Positions 50,846-63,558 are shown, counted from the first letter of the whole stretch. The stretch: 63,558 nt of DNA, filler included, from Octopus bimaculoides (GCF_001194135.2; 8 parts of 7 records of this genome joined end to end with filler, not necessarily neighbours in it), one strand, 5' to 3'. A program made the numbers and translations. Notes: generated by a model from the sequence alone, not told the origin.

Positions 50846-51799
50846 ATACATATAGTAGTGTAGAATGCAGTTTGACCATTTTTGTAGTTTGCCAACATCA
50901 CGTACTCGCTTGGGTTGAAGGCGAATCACCTAGCCAGTCCACAATTTATATGCTCATGGCTTGTAAAATCAGGATCTAGTTTGCTCGGAAATTGCATCCC
51001 TAAAAGAAAATGGATTTAAGGGTGAGTTATCTCGCCTGTCCATAACTCTAAGCTGTTTTATTACCGGTGACATGAGAGTTTTATATACTTCGCTACGCCA
51101 TTGAAGCCACCGGAAGTTACACAAAACACATACATTACTCTGTATTTAATAATATTTATTGCACTAGAGCAGCTTCTACATCATGTGTGTGTGTGTGTAT
51201 GATCCAAGACATTCCAGTGTGGTGATCTGTCCTCCTGTCTAAGGTGTGAACTACCTTATCCATCATGTCCTTCCTTTTCATGGGACAATAGTATGTTGTT
51301 TAAGGTAGATTCGGCTGCCTTTTCTAGCATGTCGAGCTTGTTTAGCTACACCCCACCCCAAATCGTTTCTTTTGAAAATAGGTTTCTCAGGGATGGGATC
51401 TGAGAGGTATGGAGGAGGTGGGTGTAAAGAGGATGAGCCGAGGGCTGGGGCGTTGGTTCCGGTGGGGTGTGGCAGTACTTCTGTATGGATATTTAATGGG
51501 TGGGGAAGGGTGGAGACGTGTAAAAAAGTAATAAGCGTTCTGTTCTGTTCTGCAAATCTCTTTTAGGGAACTTCGCACCATCACCACCACTACTGCTAAT
51601 GCTACCACCACCACTGCTAATGCTACCACCACCACTACTATCACCACCACCACCGCCACCACCACCACTACCACCACCACCACCACTCCCATCACCCCAT
51701 CACCACCACCACCACTCCCATCACCATCACCACTATCTCACTACCATCACCCCAGCACCACCACATGCACAAACATAAGGACGCGTGCACACACACACG

Positions 51800-51935
51800 T
51801 GTACGATGGGCTTCTTTCAGTTTCCAGCTACCAAATCCATTTACAAGATTTTGGTCAGCCTAAGATGTCATGCAGTGGCAACGACCCCGGAACCATATGG
51901 TTGGGAAGCAAGCTTCTAACCACTCGGCCACTCCT
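51800..51935 (-). mobile_element. SINE family B, 5' half
   Basis: tacgatgggcttctttcagtttcc..ctaccaaatcc...ggaaccatatggttgggaagcaagcttctaaccac. Confidence 0.8.
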
Positions 51936-52405
51936 GAGCCTTCATTATAATTTATATATAACTCACTATCTAATCCTGTTAACTTAATTAAAAACAACGG
52001 ACATTAACAAATTAGAAGTAATTATTGAAAAAATGTCAATAAAACACGTTCGTAGAATTGGTGGTGATGGTGGTAGAAGTAGTAGCAGCAGCAGCAGTAG
52101 GAGTAGTAGTAGTTATCGTTGTTATGGTCGTGGTTGTTGTTGTTGTTGTAACTGTTGCTAATATTGTGTGTGTCTCTCTGTCAGCCTGTCTGTCAGTCTG
52201 TCTTCCACTCTCCTATAATCGCGTGACGTGTGTTGTACTTGGCGCTGGGGGAGTAAAAGAGTTTTGCTCTGAAAGGTTTCCACTTGTTCAAGGAGAAAAA
52301 GATCACAGCACTTTCCTATACCATCGACGCATCTGTCTGTCTGTCTATCGGTCTATATTGCAATCCATCCGTCCATCCATCCATCCATCCATCCATCCAT
52401 CTATC

Positions 52406-52537
<132 letters not shown>

Positions 52538-52834
52538 CCTACCTACCTACCTATCTACCTACCTACCTATCTATCTATCTATCTATCTGCTTCCAGTCAC
52601 TTCAGTAATGAAACTACACACGTGCTGTTGGCGATTTCTTCTCCATCTTTGGGCTTGTCCCTTTCTCCTTTCCGATGAAGAGCTATGCTCGAACCGTCAA
52701 ACTCTCTCTTTTTACGGAGCGTCAAACTAAATAATCTCTTATGCACATCTTGTCTGTTAATTTTATTATTCATTTATTTGAATTGATTGTTTATTTGAAT
52801 GATCTACCTACCTACCTACCTACCTACCTACCTA

Positions 52835-52915
<81 letters not shown>

Positions 52916-53113
52916 TTAGATAGTACTCAAATACCAAAGGCAGAGTAATATGCTTTTATCAAGACTGATAAATTTTTACAAACTGTTACTTACTGTGATC
53001 CCAATTTCAACCCAGAATGATCACAACTGTCCAACAGGAAAGAATATGAAACTTTGAGTAACAGTTTGTGAAAATTTAGCAGCTTTAATAAAAGCCTATC
53101 TATCACATAGATA

Positions 53114-53336
53114 TGAGGGGTGGGTGCTGAAAAGTTCCTGGCTTTGGATAAAAGAAAATAGAGGAAGATTAGTTAATTATGATTTTATTCAACATATTCC
53201 CCTCTCAGAGGTACACACTTATTGCAGCAGTCCTTCAATTTTTCTATGCCTTGTGAATGAACTCGGAAGGTTGGGCCTTCAGCCAGGCCTTTTATGATAC
53301 CCTCAAAGACAGGAACTTTTCAGTAACTCCCACTCG
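53114..53336. mobile_element. Mariner-type MITE
   Basis: Inverted ends tgaggggtgggtgctgaaaagttcctg and caggaacttttcagtaactcccactcg, with TA/TG flanks. Confidence 0.75.
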
Positions 53337-53360
53337 TGTGTAAGTATACATACATAAACA

Positions 53361-54510
53361 TCTTAACTATAATAAAATGGGAGATGTGTGTGTGTGTGTG
53401 TGTACAGGCCTTTTTCTTGATCCCCCTTAAAATCAATATTTTTCATCCAATTTCGTTCACGCTGGGACTATACATCATTTATGTTCCAGAGATGGTCATA
53501 GACTCTTCACATTTACCACATAATGAGTAATGCCACCCCTAGGGAACGAAAACACCTTCTCATAGGTAAATAGCAAATATCAACGAGGGACATTACTCTT
53601 GATGACGTAGTTATGCTACTTTCACTTTGTCTTCTGCTACAACTTTTACAATGCCCATTCACTGCAAACCGCCGATATTTTCACATTAGCATTTCCTTGA
53701 GATAGCAATGCAATTTATATCAACTTTTAATTATTTTTTAAATGCCCCCAGAAATTAATCCATATTATTTATATTCTCTGCTTTTACTCATACAAAGATG
53801 TGACGGTTATACAGTTTTTACAGCGCCCCATTCACTACAAACTGCCGATATTAGCACAGGGCTGTCCTTGCACCTGAAAATGCAACTTTCACCACTCTTA
53901 ACTACGACTTACTCAGTAAGCTAACTTCTCAAGAACGTTGTTACAGATCAGTTGACACCGTTACCGACCTCGATCATGTTACACACCTTCCAACAGAATT
54001 TCTCAACTCCTAGAATCCTCAAGGACTTCCTCCCCATGAACTTCACTTAAAAGTCGGTTGCTCTGTCAGCCTGCTACGCAATCTAAACGCACCCACACTA
54101 TGCAATGGAGTTCGCCTTGTGGTAAGACAAGTGATGGACCACGTCATTGAAGCCCAAATTATCACAGAACACGGCAAAAACGATACCGTTTTTATTCCGA
54201 AAATTCCACTAACCCCAACAGACTGCCCCTCCCGTATGCAGAGACTTCAGCTCCCTCTGAAACTCAGCTTCGCCATGACAGTTAACAAAGCACAAGGTCA
54301 ATTGCTGAAAGTTGTTGGATTAGGCATTCGAATGTCATGCTTTTCACATGGAGAGTTCTACATCGGTCGTTCCAGAGTTGGCCATCCAGACAACTTATTC
54401 ATCTAGGTTCCTGAAGGAAAAACCAAAAATGTCGTTTACAAAGCAGCCCTACAGTAGTTACTCCTCTACTGCAATCTTCACATCTACGCCAAACTGTAGC
54501 CGTTAGCAAT
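53361..54510 (+). mobile_element. Internally deleted Helitron
   Basis: Starts A|TCttaactataataaaatgggagatgtgtgtg (a Helitron-type 5' end), has internal short direct repeats, and carries a helicase remnant. The 3' CTAG is not clear. Confidence 0.75.
53942..54457 (+). pseudogene. Helitron RepHel Pif1-like helicase C-terminus
   Basis: YRSVD...PTEFLNS*NPQGLPPHELHLKVG...LLRNLN...LCNG...FAMTVNKAQGQ...FSHGEFY...SRVG...TKNVVYK. Two in-frame stops. Confidence 0.9.
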
Positions 54511-54908
54511 CAGACTTCCTATTTTGGCCAATTTTCTTTTTGCACTTCAAAATCATAGAAAGTAAAAAAAATAAATAAAATATTCTTAATGTTTTCAGAG
54601 GGAAAAGTGAATGATTTAAGGGCAATTTGGTTGTTGCTTCTAGCACATCCAAAGACAATCCGCCTCGTTTCTTTATCACTCTTGCATGTATTGATGTTTC
54701 TTTCAGTATTTTCCCCCCATAAATACATTTATATGCTATATAAAAGAAAATTTGAGAAATTATGAATTTTTTGCAACCCCGCTCCTTACCCCTGATTGTT
54801 TCTGTTTANNNNNNNNNNNNNNNNNNNNNNNNNNNNNNNNNNNNNNNNNNNNTTAATTAATTAANNNNNNNNNNNNNNNNNNNNNNNNNNNNNNNNNNNN
54901 NNNNNNNN

Positions 54909-54961
<53 letters not shown>

Positions 54962-55092
54962 AGTATCAACAAACAAGCAAAAGTGTTATTATTACTACTT
55001 TAAAAGGCGATCCTTTTTAACCTATGTTCTCTCATAAGAAAGCCTAGAAAGAATGAACCAATAGAGACAGGAAGGAGTGTTGGGGTTTTTTT

Positions 55093-55366
55093 ATGTGTGT
55101 GATCTGTAGGAGGAAATGCTTGAGCCATGCAGGCCAGGTCAGCCATAACAGAAGTCACAGGAATCAACCCCTTGTAAATTGTAAATTTTTCACAACAGAA
55201 CATGTGCAACCAGAAGAAAGTTGTACCATTCAGTTGGAGGATGTCAAAAGATTTCGTGCTATGGCACCTGTTCCTTCTGCCAGCCAGCACAACTGTGCAT
55301 TATGCAATAAAATGTGCAAATTTTTGGCAGGGCTCAAGAGACATATAAGTGACTCATATTGCATTA
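55093..55366 (+). mobile_element. RTE-type LINE 3' end with C2H2-like fingers
   Basis: CVICRRKCLSHAGQVSHNRSH (C-X2-C-X12-H-X3-H) and CALCNKMCKFLAGLKRH. There are no TGEKPY linkers, and the CxxCxRxxxSxxGLxSH pattern is typical of RTE C-termini. Confidence 0.5.
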
Positions 55367-57093
55367 TCAATGACACGTTTCAATAATTCTTTCTAGCAAT
55401 GGCTTTGCTCGTATGCAAGAAATCAGCCACTATGTATGTATGTATGTATGTATGTATGTATGTATGTATGTATGTATGTATGTACGTATGTATGTATGTG
55501 TGTATGTATGTATGTATTATGTATGTATGTATGCATGTATGTATGCATGCATGTATGTATGTATGCATGTATGTATGTATGCATGCATATTTATGTCCAA
55601 TTTTTCCTGTCTTGGTTTGTGTTTGCTACCTTGCAATCCTCTGTTTAGTGGGTTAATACACTACTCAGGAAGAAACTATTCTAATTGTGCGTCCTGCCTT
55701 ATCTTCGAAACGCCTAGTTTAGAATAGAGGCAGCTGATGAAGGAATAATTCCACAAGTGGCTTGTTTGTTTTCCTATGTGTTCGTTCCGTTGTCTGTAGT
55801 TCATTTTTCTAACTTTCTGTACCCGAATATGCAACTTTATACACATGTAGATGTAGGTATGTACATATATGTGTGTATACATGCATATGCTTATATATCC
55901 TTTGCATTATATATATATATATATATATATATATNNNNNNNNNNNNNNNNNNNNNNNNNNNNNNNNNNNNNNNNNNNNNNNNNNNNNNNNNNNNNNNNNN
56001 NNNNNNNNNNNNNNNNNNNNNNNNNNNNNNNNNNNNNNNNNNNNNNNNNNNNNNNNNNNNNNNNNNNNNNNNNNNNNNNNNNNNNNNNNNNNNNNNNNNN
56101 NNNNNNNNNNNNNNNNNNNNNNNNNNNNNNNNNNNNNNNNNNNNNNNNNNNNNNNNNNNNNNNNNNNNNNNNNNNNNNNNNNNNNNNNNNNNNNNNNNNN
56201 NNNNNNNNNNNNNNNNNNNNNNNNNNNNNNNNNNNNNNNNNNNNNNNNNNNNNNNNNNNNNNNNNNNNNNNNNNNNNNNNNNNNNNNNNNNNNNNNNNNN
56301 NNNNNNNNNNNNNNNNNNNNNNNNNNNNNNNNNNNNNNNNNNNNNNNNNNNNNNNNNNNNNNNNNNNNNNNNNNNNNNNNNNNNNNNNNNNNNNNNNNNN
56401 NNNNNNNNNNNNNNNNNNNNNNNNNNNNNNNNNNNNNNNNNNNNNNNNNNNNNNNNNNNNNNNNNNNNNNNNNNNNNNNNNNNNNNNNNNNNNNNNNNNN
56501 NNNNNNNNNNNNNNNNNNNNNNNNNNNNNNNNNNNNNNNNNNNNNNNNNNNNNNNNNNNNNNNNNNNNNNNNNNNNNNNNNNNNNNNNNNNNNNNNNNNN
56601 NNNNNNNNNNNNNNNNNNNNNNNNNNNNNNNNNNNNNNNNNNNNNNNNNNNNNNNNNNNNNNNNNNNNNNNNNNNNNNNNNNNNNNNNNNNNNNNNNNNN
56701 NNNNNNNNNNNNNNNNNNNNNNNNNNNNNNNNNNNNNNNNNNNNNNNNNNNNNNNNNNNNNNNNNNNNNNNNNNNNNNTATATAAAATTATGTATATTTC
56801 TTCTATCTTAATGAATAAAAATTCTTCTGATAGAATAAATGGGTTAATAGAAACCAATGTAGCAAAGAACACAAAATAACTGTGGTTTAGTTCCTGTTTT
56901 TAAGGCAGGAACTCCTTGAAATTTTGGGTATTTGAGTATATTTAAGAATTTAAGGATTGGAATAAACGCATGTTATAATTGTGTATGTATGTGTATGTAT
57001 ATATGTATGTGTATGGGTATGTGTGCATGTGTATGTATGTGTATGTACATGTATTTGTGTGTATGTATATATATATATATATATATGTATATG

Positions 57094-57128
<35 letters not shown>

Positions 57129-57329
57129 NNNNNNNNNNNNNNNNNNNNNNNNNNNNNNNNNNNNNNNNNNNNTTAATTAATTAANNNNNNNNNNNNNNNN
57201 NNNNNNNNNNNNNNNNNNNNNNNNNNNNGTCGCTGGATAGAGTTGGGCACAGAAATGTTGACATCGAATGGTAAAGAATTAAATAAATGGAATATAGATC
57301 GGTCGTGTTGTGAGTCTCTACATTTTTAA

Positions 57330-57360
<31 letters not shown>

Positions 57361-58182
57361 CAAATCCTAGGTGAAGCTCTACGTTCCAAACGAGCCGTAA
57401 AATTCCTTATACATATACATATGAGTCTATGCGTGCGTTTGTGTGTACGTCATGTAGAGTGTTGTAGAAAGAGTGTGGATGTGTATAGTTTGATCCCACC
57501 CACCGTAATATCAACCCACAAAATAAACGGAGTTTTCATCATCGCTACAGGAAATTAATTTGTAGCAGGGATGGTATTAGCAATCATGCTCCGCTTGAGC
57601 TGACATATTCAGTGAAGGCCCAATTTATAAGCGAACAGTAAAGGACATATTTGAATCCAGTCCCAAAACTGCTTTTAACGGGCTTTTGTAATGGCATGTC
57701 TATGAATCTCTGATTCATCACCTAATATTCAGTGAGCTCAATACACTCACGCCTTCATATGTACAATGACAGTGAATATAATTTCTATAAAATCTAAAGA
57801 AACTTTTGATGAGTATTTGACGCTTCCTTGGCCAGTTCAGATCGCATGGGTACTTAAATTAACTGTCGATATTTTTTTCATTATATGGTAAGCTAGACAG
57901 AATGTTGGCGTCGGTAAGTCAGCGTTGTGGCGTATGACATTCAATGACAAGAATAATTAATTTTAGAGGTCAGTTATGAATATAAGACGAGAATGTACTT
58001 ACACAATCGTTCGATCGTCAAAACATCTGCAGCCGAATTATAGAAATATATGGGAAGTTTAAGGTAAAGCATTGGCATCAGATTTAATATAAAACAGTCA
58101 ATGTTTGTTTACAAACATAACATCAGGAGAAACCGAATTGTCGTTTGCGTTTATAAGAAAATATTTTAACATCATAGAACCA

Positions 58183-58365
58183 AAGGCGGTGTGCAGGCAG
58201 AATCGTTAGCACGCCTGGTATTTCGTCTGTCTTTACTTTCTGAATTCAAATTCTGCGGAGTTCGACATTACCTTTTACCTCTCAGTTGAATAATGGGGCC
58301 GATGTAATCGACTTATGCCCCTTTTATGAAAGTGCTGCCCTTGTGTTAAAATTCGGAATCAATAT
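58183..58365 (+). mobile_element. SINE family A copy
   Basis: ggcggtgtgcaggcagaatcgttagcacgcc...ttctgaattcaaattctgcggag...gatgtaatcgactt. Confidence 0.8.
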
Positions 58366-58847
58366 TATCGAAGAATGAGTTCTACCTGAACTCACGTAGC
58401 ATCCGTAATACATGTTTGAATAAATGGAAAAGGTTATGTAACTTCCATCAAGTAGATCCATCATTAAAATCCGCAGAAGTTTGTAGCAGTTTCCAAGTTG
58501 ATCATTCTGGATGTCTTTTTCTGTAGTTCTTTGTTGCGTTGCAAGCTATTTTAAACCACAATACATGATTTTGTGAATGAAAATAAGAATTTTGTATATA
58601 TTTTACAATTAAGTTTATTTTTACGAAGATATTCTCAAGTTGATTTTTCTTTTACTTTATTTTTTTATCTGTCTCTTGCTCTTTTCGTGACATTGTAGTG
58701 TTTGTCGGCTTGAAGGATATGCTGTGAATGTCTTATTTTACAAGATTGCATTACACTGCTATTTATTCCGGTATTTTTTATATCCATTTTCTTTGTTCGA
58801 AACTAATCCGTCAAATGTGCGCGGAAACGTTTTATAAGACATACATT

Positions 58848-58921
<74 letters not shown>

Positions 58922-59479
58922 GAATGCTCCCATTTTCGATTTTCTTTGGTTGAACTCTTTTTACCGATATTTGATGTACTAATAAAATATATGAAATATG
59001 AAGTGACACACTAATTTCAATATCGAATATTCTCCATTTTCTTCTCTGTTTATTCACAATTATACACATACACACACATAAACACAAGACACACGCACGC
59101 ACACACACTTATGTTTAATTAATTTCATAGCACCTCCTGCCGAAACCTCTCTTAAAACATTTTGGAAGTGGACAGTTGATGAATGTACTCCAGTTTAGAT
59201 TGTTTAGATTGTTGTTTGCGGGCATGCCACGACGTTTATTTATGACTTGTTCTTAATATATCAACAAATGCGAAAAATAGAATGGCAATATCCTTGTTTG
59301 AACATGTTTTCATTAACTGAACTTATGGAAAAAAATTTTAATGAGAGACCTAAGTTGATATTTAGACAGGTTGTTGCTGTATATTGCTTTCCTTCTGAGT
59401 GTTGAAATATTAAAATGAAACGTGGCTGATAATAAACTTGAGATATGAGATAGCAAGGAAGCTCTGGTTGGATAGCTAA

Positions 59480-60282
59480 TGTTTTTGAGGAGAGGTATGA
59501 AATAAGAGCCAATACATATCTCTCCCCAAGGATCATTGATAAAATCTATTTATCGCAGGACAAATGAGATACTGGATGAGTTTATTGAGAAGAGATTACG
59601 TGGGTACTTGGCAAGAAAAACACAAACCATAGAAAGGGTTGACCTTGTCAAAAGCTTGGCAGCGACTACCGACAAGTTTATGACACCTCGCATCGTATGA
59701 TACCTGCATGCACTTCAAGAATGAGACATTCCCACCAAGTGCCTACCACAGAAAATATTGACTAACAAAAAATATATGCTGCACATCTGATGTTAATGCC
59801 AAGTGCGAAAGACTATTTTCTAGATATTGACTTCCCGTGAGACATGATGCTGCGGCCAGAACGCTCTGGAACAGGAGAGGAACAAAGAAAATGCCTATAG
59901 ATGAAGTTGATAATATTGAGACTGATGGGTAAAAAGAATATTGGTAGTACTTAAAATTGAAAACAGCCATCATGTTAAGATGCGAGCGACTAGATGTTGT
60001 TGTTTGGATCCAAAACAAAAAGCTGTTTTGTTATAAAAAAAAACAAGCCGCCCTCTAGACACCAATGTGGAACACTGATAAGGAGTTTCCAAAATAAACT
60101 TTCAGTTCATAACTATCATTATTGGATCAACGGGATGCATACCAACCATTTTGGAGAAAAGTATGGCTGAAATTGGGTCCTTGGGGTGAGAACGCAAATT
60201 CTTAATTCATAAACTACTGATGACCGCCATATCTGGGACTGTAAAGATCTACAAGATCATTTTAAGGTTTAAAGGAGGATGA
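59480..60282 (+). mobile_element. RLE-type (R4/Dong/HERO-like) non-LTR retrotransposon 3' end, decayed
   Basis: YLHALQE*DIPTK (59701), VRHDAAARTLW, RLDVVVW (RPD-like), PLDTNV, IIIGSTGCIP and ISGTVKI. Confidence 0.65.
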
Positions 60283-60377
60283 ACCAAGCAAGATATTTTC
60301 CTTCACAAACTTACTACCAAGGGAGTGACCGGTTAAAATGTGCTCTAAAGTAAAACGAGAGAGAAAACTTACATTCA

Positions 60378-60680
60378 TACATTAGGCCTGATGCAACAGT
60401 ATCGGAACCGTTGCTATAGTAACGGAGAAGATAAAAGTAAATAGCGGTACGCAGAATGAAGAGCCTTGGCACAGACTGAAATTGAACTTTGTCGCGCATG
60501 TACACTAAATTAAACGTTCTCGCTCACTTCCGTTGTTTATAGCCGTGTTTGGAAGTAAGCTGTGTAGACTGTGGTTGTCTCAGAAAGAAGATCGAGTTTC
60601 AACAGAGCAGGATTTCCTTGACTGTGTCGAGAAAGACGAAGGCATTTTGTAAACAGTCATAACAGTAACATTCTTGCCTT
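60378..60680 (+). mobile_element. Mariner 5' end with internal deletion, related to the 49906-50757 family
   Basis: Degenerate TIR and 5' UTR (cttggcacagactg...aacgttctcgctcacttcc), then QDFLDCVEKDEGIL*TVIT. Confidence 0.6.
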
Positions 60681-60744
60681 TCCTGGATCTCCCACGTTAA
60701 GTTGGCAACAAACCAACACTTTATATATATATATATATATATGT

Positions 60745-60912
60745 CTTCTACTCCTTTACTTGTTTCAATCATTCGACTGCGGCCATGCTAGAGCAAATCG
60801 ACCCCAGGACTTACTCTTTGGAAGCCTAGTACTTATTCCATCGGTCTCTTTTGCCGAACCGCTAGGTTACGGGGACGTAAACACATTACCATCGGTTGTC
60901 AAGCGGTGTTGG

Positions 60913-60915
<3 letters not shown>
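60745..60915 (-). mobile_element. SINE family B, 3' half
   Basis: Reverse complement of the 35221 and 8382 copies. Confidence 0.85.
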
Positions 60916-60964
<49 letters not shown>

Positions 60965-61207
60965 TAGTATATTGCCACTTAAGTGTGGCTGACCCCTAGG
61001 GGTGGATGTTACTGTTGCTTTTAGCCCCAGGAGGACATCTCCTCCAGCTGGCTTATCGACACACGACTGTGTCCTGTTTGCCAAGGGAAGTTATCCCTCN
61101 NNNNNNNNNNNNNNNNNNNNNNNNNNNNNNNNNNNNNNNNNNNTTAATTAATTAANNNNNNNNNNNNNNNNNNNNNNNNNNNNNNNNNNNNNNNNNNNNT
61201 ATATATA

Positions 61208-61230
61208 TACAGGGTGTCCACAAAGTCTGG
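61208..61230 (+). mobile_element. Solitary Tc1/mariner-type terminus
   Basis: TA-cagggtgtccacaaagtctgg. No partner TIR found. Confidence 0.35.
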
Positions 61231-61512
61231 CTACATAAACAATTAAATATAAGAAATATATATATATGTGTGTGTGTTAGCGTGTGTGTATGTGTGTGTG
61301 TATATATAGGTATACACACACACACATACACACACACACATATATATATATATATATGTATATATATATCTATGTATATGCATATGTATATGTATACACA
61401 CACACAAGCGCATATATATAGTCGATTCAAAAAACAGAGAAAAAACAAACAAGCGTGAGGATGTAGCACAAGCAATGCATTAATATGACGCGCGGTGAAA
61501 GAAGGGAGTTAT

Positions 61513-61549
61513 TGTTTTACGTTTCATGCTTGACTCTTCGTCGGAAGCA
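61513..61549 (-). ncRNA. Degenerate minimal hammerhead downstream of the second PLE
   Basis: ugcuu CCGACGA a gag-ucaag-cau GAAA cg UA aaaca: core CUGACGA with U4C, imperfect stems I and II, and an acgu palindrome. Confidence 0.45.
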
Positions 61550-61559
61550 GGAAAAACAG

Positions 61560-62260
61560 GTATGTCTTTAATTTAATTACATAACAATGAAGGAGGAAGC
61601 AATGATGAATGTACCATTTACGATCGTTTCGATTTACGAGTTGTAGTAAAACACTTCAGAATGCGGAAAGAAGATTGGTGCTTCGGTTAGGATGCGAAAA
61701 TAATTGATACATATGTGATGGTAATAGAAGCGAATTTTGTAGTTTTTACATTCAATTTTGTTGTTGCTCTGGTAATTTCGCTAGGGAGAGGTTTCATTGA
61801 AATAAGCTGGTTACTTTCGTTTGGTAAGTATTATTTTGGTGTGGGGTTCCGAGTTTGACTAATCTCATTATTTCGCGAGTGTGTATTAAAGTTCTTTTTT
61901 TATTTCGAGTGAATTTTAGTCATCGCCGGTGTAAGTGAAGAGGGTAAACGCTAACTTAGGGTGAGAAGGGAACTAACTCGTGCCAGTTTTTTATTATACT
62001 AGGTAGGGTGGTTTAAGATTTTGTTATGGCTAAGAGTTGTATTGTTGCTAGAGTTTAGGAAGTTCTTAGTGCTAGAATGGGCCCTATGTAGGTGCAAAGT
62101 AAATTATTATGGAATGTGGAGGGCGAGTGGGTTTGCGGGTGACTCTTTGTGTATAAGTTTTTAAGGTGGTTCCCTGCTAATTCGACTTATATAGATGACT
62201 ATTCTAGTTTGGGATTATGAAAGACATAGGGGCCTACTTGAAGACAAAAAGGGCTATTCT
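61560..62260 (-). mobile_element. Highly decayed Penelope-like GIY-YIG 3' region (different lineage from 45519-48640)
   Basis: Frameshifted remnants F.NP, KLIHKESPANPL, SHNKILN, TYTG and HPNRSTN..SEVF match the WFNPP / HFP.HPL / ISSHNKKIL / YTGLT / H..STLNKRSELF series as recalled. Confidence 0.5.
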
Positions 62261-62725
62261 ACAGGTATTTTGAAAATACATAAAATGCCACATTAAGACA
62301 AATGGTTGTTCTCAAATTTTCAGTTCAGAAGTTGTTTAGTCGTAAGTATAATAATCTATTTTTTATCCTCAAGTTCCCAAANNNNNNNNNNNNNNNNNNN
62401 NNNNNNNNNNNNNNNNNNNNNNNNNNNNNNNNNNNNNNNNNNNNNNNNNNNNNNNNNNNNNNNNNNNNNNNNNNNNNNNNNNNNNNNNNNNNNNNNNNNN
62501 NNNNNNNNNNNNNNNNNNNNNNNNNNNNNNNNNNNNNNNNNNNNNNNNNNNNNNNNNNNNNNNNNNNNNNNNNNNNNNNNNNNNNNNNNNNNNNNNNNNN
62601 NNNNNNNNNNNNNNNNNNNNNNNNNNNNNNNNNNNNNNNNNNNNNNNNNNNNNNNNNNNNNNNNNNNNNNNNNNNNNNNNNNNNNNNNNNNNNNNNNNNN
62701 NNNNNNNNNNNNNNNNNNNNNNNNN

Positions 62726-62777
<52 letters not shown>

Positions 62778-62904
62778 CAGAAGGAGCTGTAACTGAACAA
62801 TCGTCTAGATTACGCAAAAATGAAAATATCTTTGACATCTCATTTTAACAGATATATTTACCAAAATAACATAAAAATACCTTGATAAACTAAAGAGAAA
62901 ATTT

Positions 62905-63320
62905 AATCAATAAAATCGCCATTGGATTCAACCATGTCCTCCAGACGACTTCGGAATCTTCTGTAACTCTTCTGGTTGGTGTCATTGTTTAAGTTTGTGA
63001 ACGCTGCCATAATCGTTTCTTTCAGTTCATCTCTGGAGTTACACGGAGACTTGTTGGTCTCTCGCTCAGCTGCGACCCAGACATAATGATCAAGCGGGGC
63101 TGCAATCTAGGGAGTTAGGTGACCAGATCTCATGGGTGATATCGCAGAAATTATCTGACAGCCATCTCTGGATTCTCCTGCTTGTGTGGCACGATGCAGA
63201 GTCCTGTTGCTAGACATAGGTATTCCAGCAGCCATCTTCTTAACGCAACGCAACGCAGCACTACCTTCTTCATGCCTTGTCTCAGACTGCATCGTACTTA
63301 GATTGACTCGCAAATATTCT
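62905..63320 (-). mobile_element. maT (DD37D-type) transposase C-terminal fragment
   Basis: QQDSASCHTSRRIQRWLSDNFCD...WSPNSLDCSPLDHYVW...ERETNK...DELKETI...RSRLEDMVESNGDFID*. D2-D3 spacing is 36 aa in this copy. Confidence 0.88.
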
Positions 63321-63558
63321 TAAATGTTTGCATTGAAGCCTCCGGTGCACATGCCATGCAGTACAGGATGTCGTCTCCAAATTTCTGGAAGAGTGAATTG
63401 CATCATGGTGCTGTTTCCCTCACAGGTGGTGCCCATCAGACCCTACTATACTGTGCAGTCGACAAAATCGAAAGCAAACAATATGCATGCACAAAATTAA
63501 AAATATAAAATAGTGACAATTTACCCATTCGACATTGTGTGTATATATATATATATAT

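Noticed and set aside
55093-55386. Possible member of the expanded cephalopod C2H2 zinc-finger genes
   Set aside because: Only two widely spaced fingers with no TGEKPY linkers. The pattern fits an RTE LINE C-terminus better.
62219-62235. tgaaagacat resembling the miR-71 5' end
   Set aside because: The match does not extend, there is no precursor hairpin, and it lies inside the decayed PLE.

Overview
This is eukaryotic non-coding-dominated DNA, very AT- and microsatellite-rich, with many assembly gaps. The SINE families and repeat landscape suggest an octopus/coleoid cephalopod (inference from recall, not a search). There are no rRNA genes, intact tRNA genes, CRISPR arrays or confidently identifiable host genes; most ORFs in the track are microsatellite or N-run artefacts. 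Recognisable content is decayed mobile DNA: several tRNA-derived SINE families, two maT/DD37D and several mariner fragments or MITEs, a hAT MITE, a Helitron with a Pif1-like helicase fragment, a rearranged Ty3/Gypsy element with a nested LTR, Tx1/L1, RTE and RLE-type LINE fragments, and Penelope-like elements (PLEs). The most notable signal is a ~1 kb palindromic element (39684-40664) flanked by an exact 10-bp direct repeat. It consists of two divergent tRNA-like Pol III heads, each followed by microsatellites and a degenerate minimal type I hammerhead ribozyme. Similar hammerheads lie downstream of two PLE GIY-YIG ORFs in the window, suggesting a PLE-mobilised, tRNA-headed ribozyme retroelement. 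Several phase-compatible minus-strand exon candidates hint at a host gene that I could not identify.
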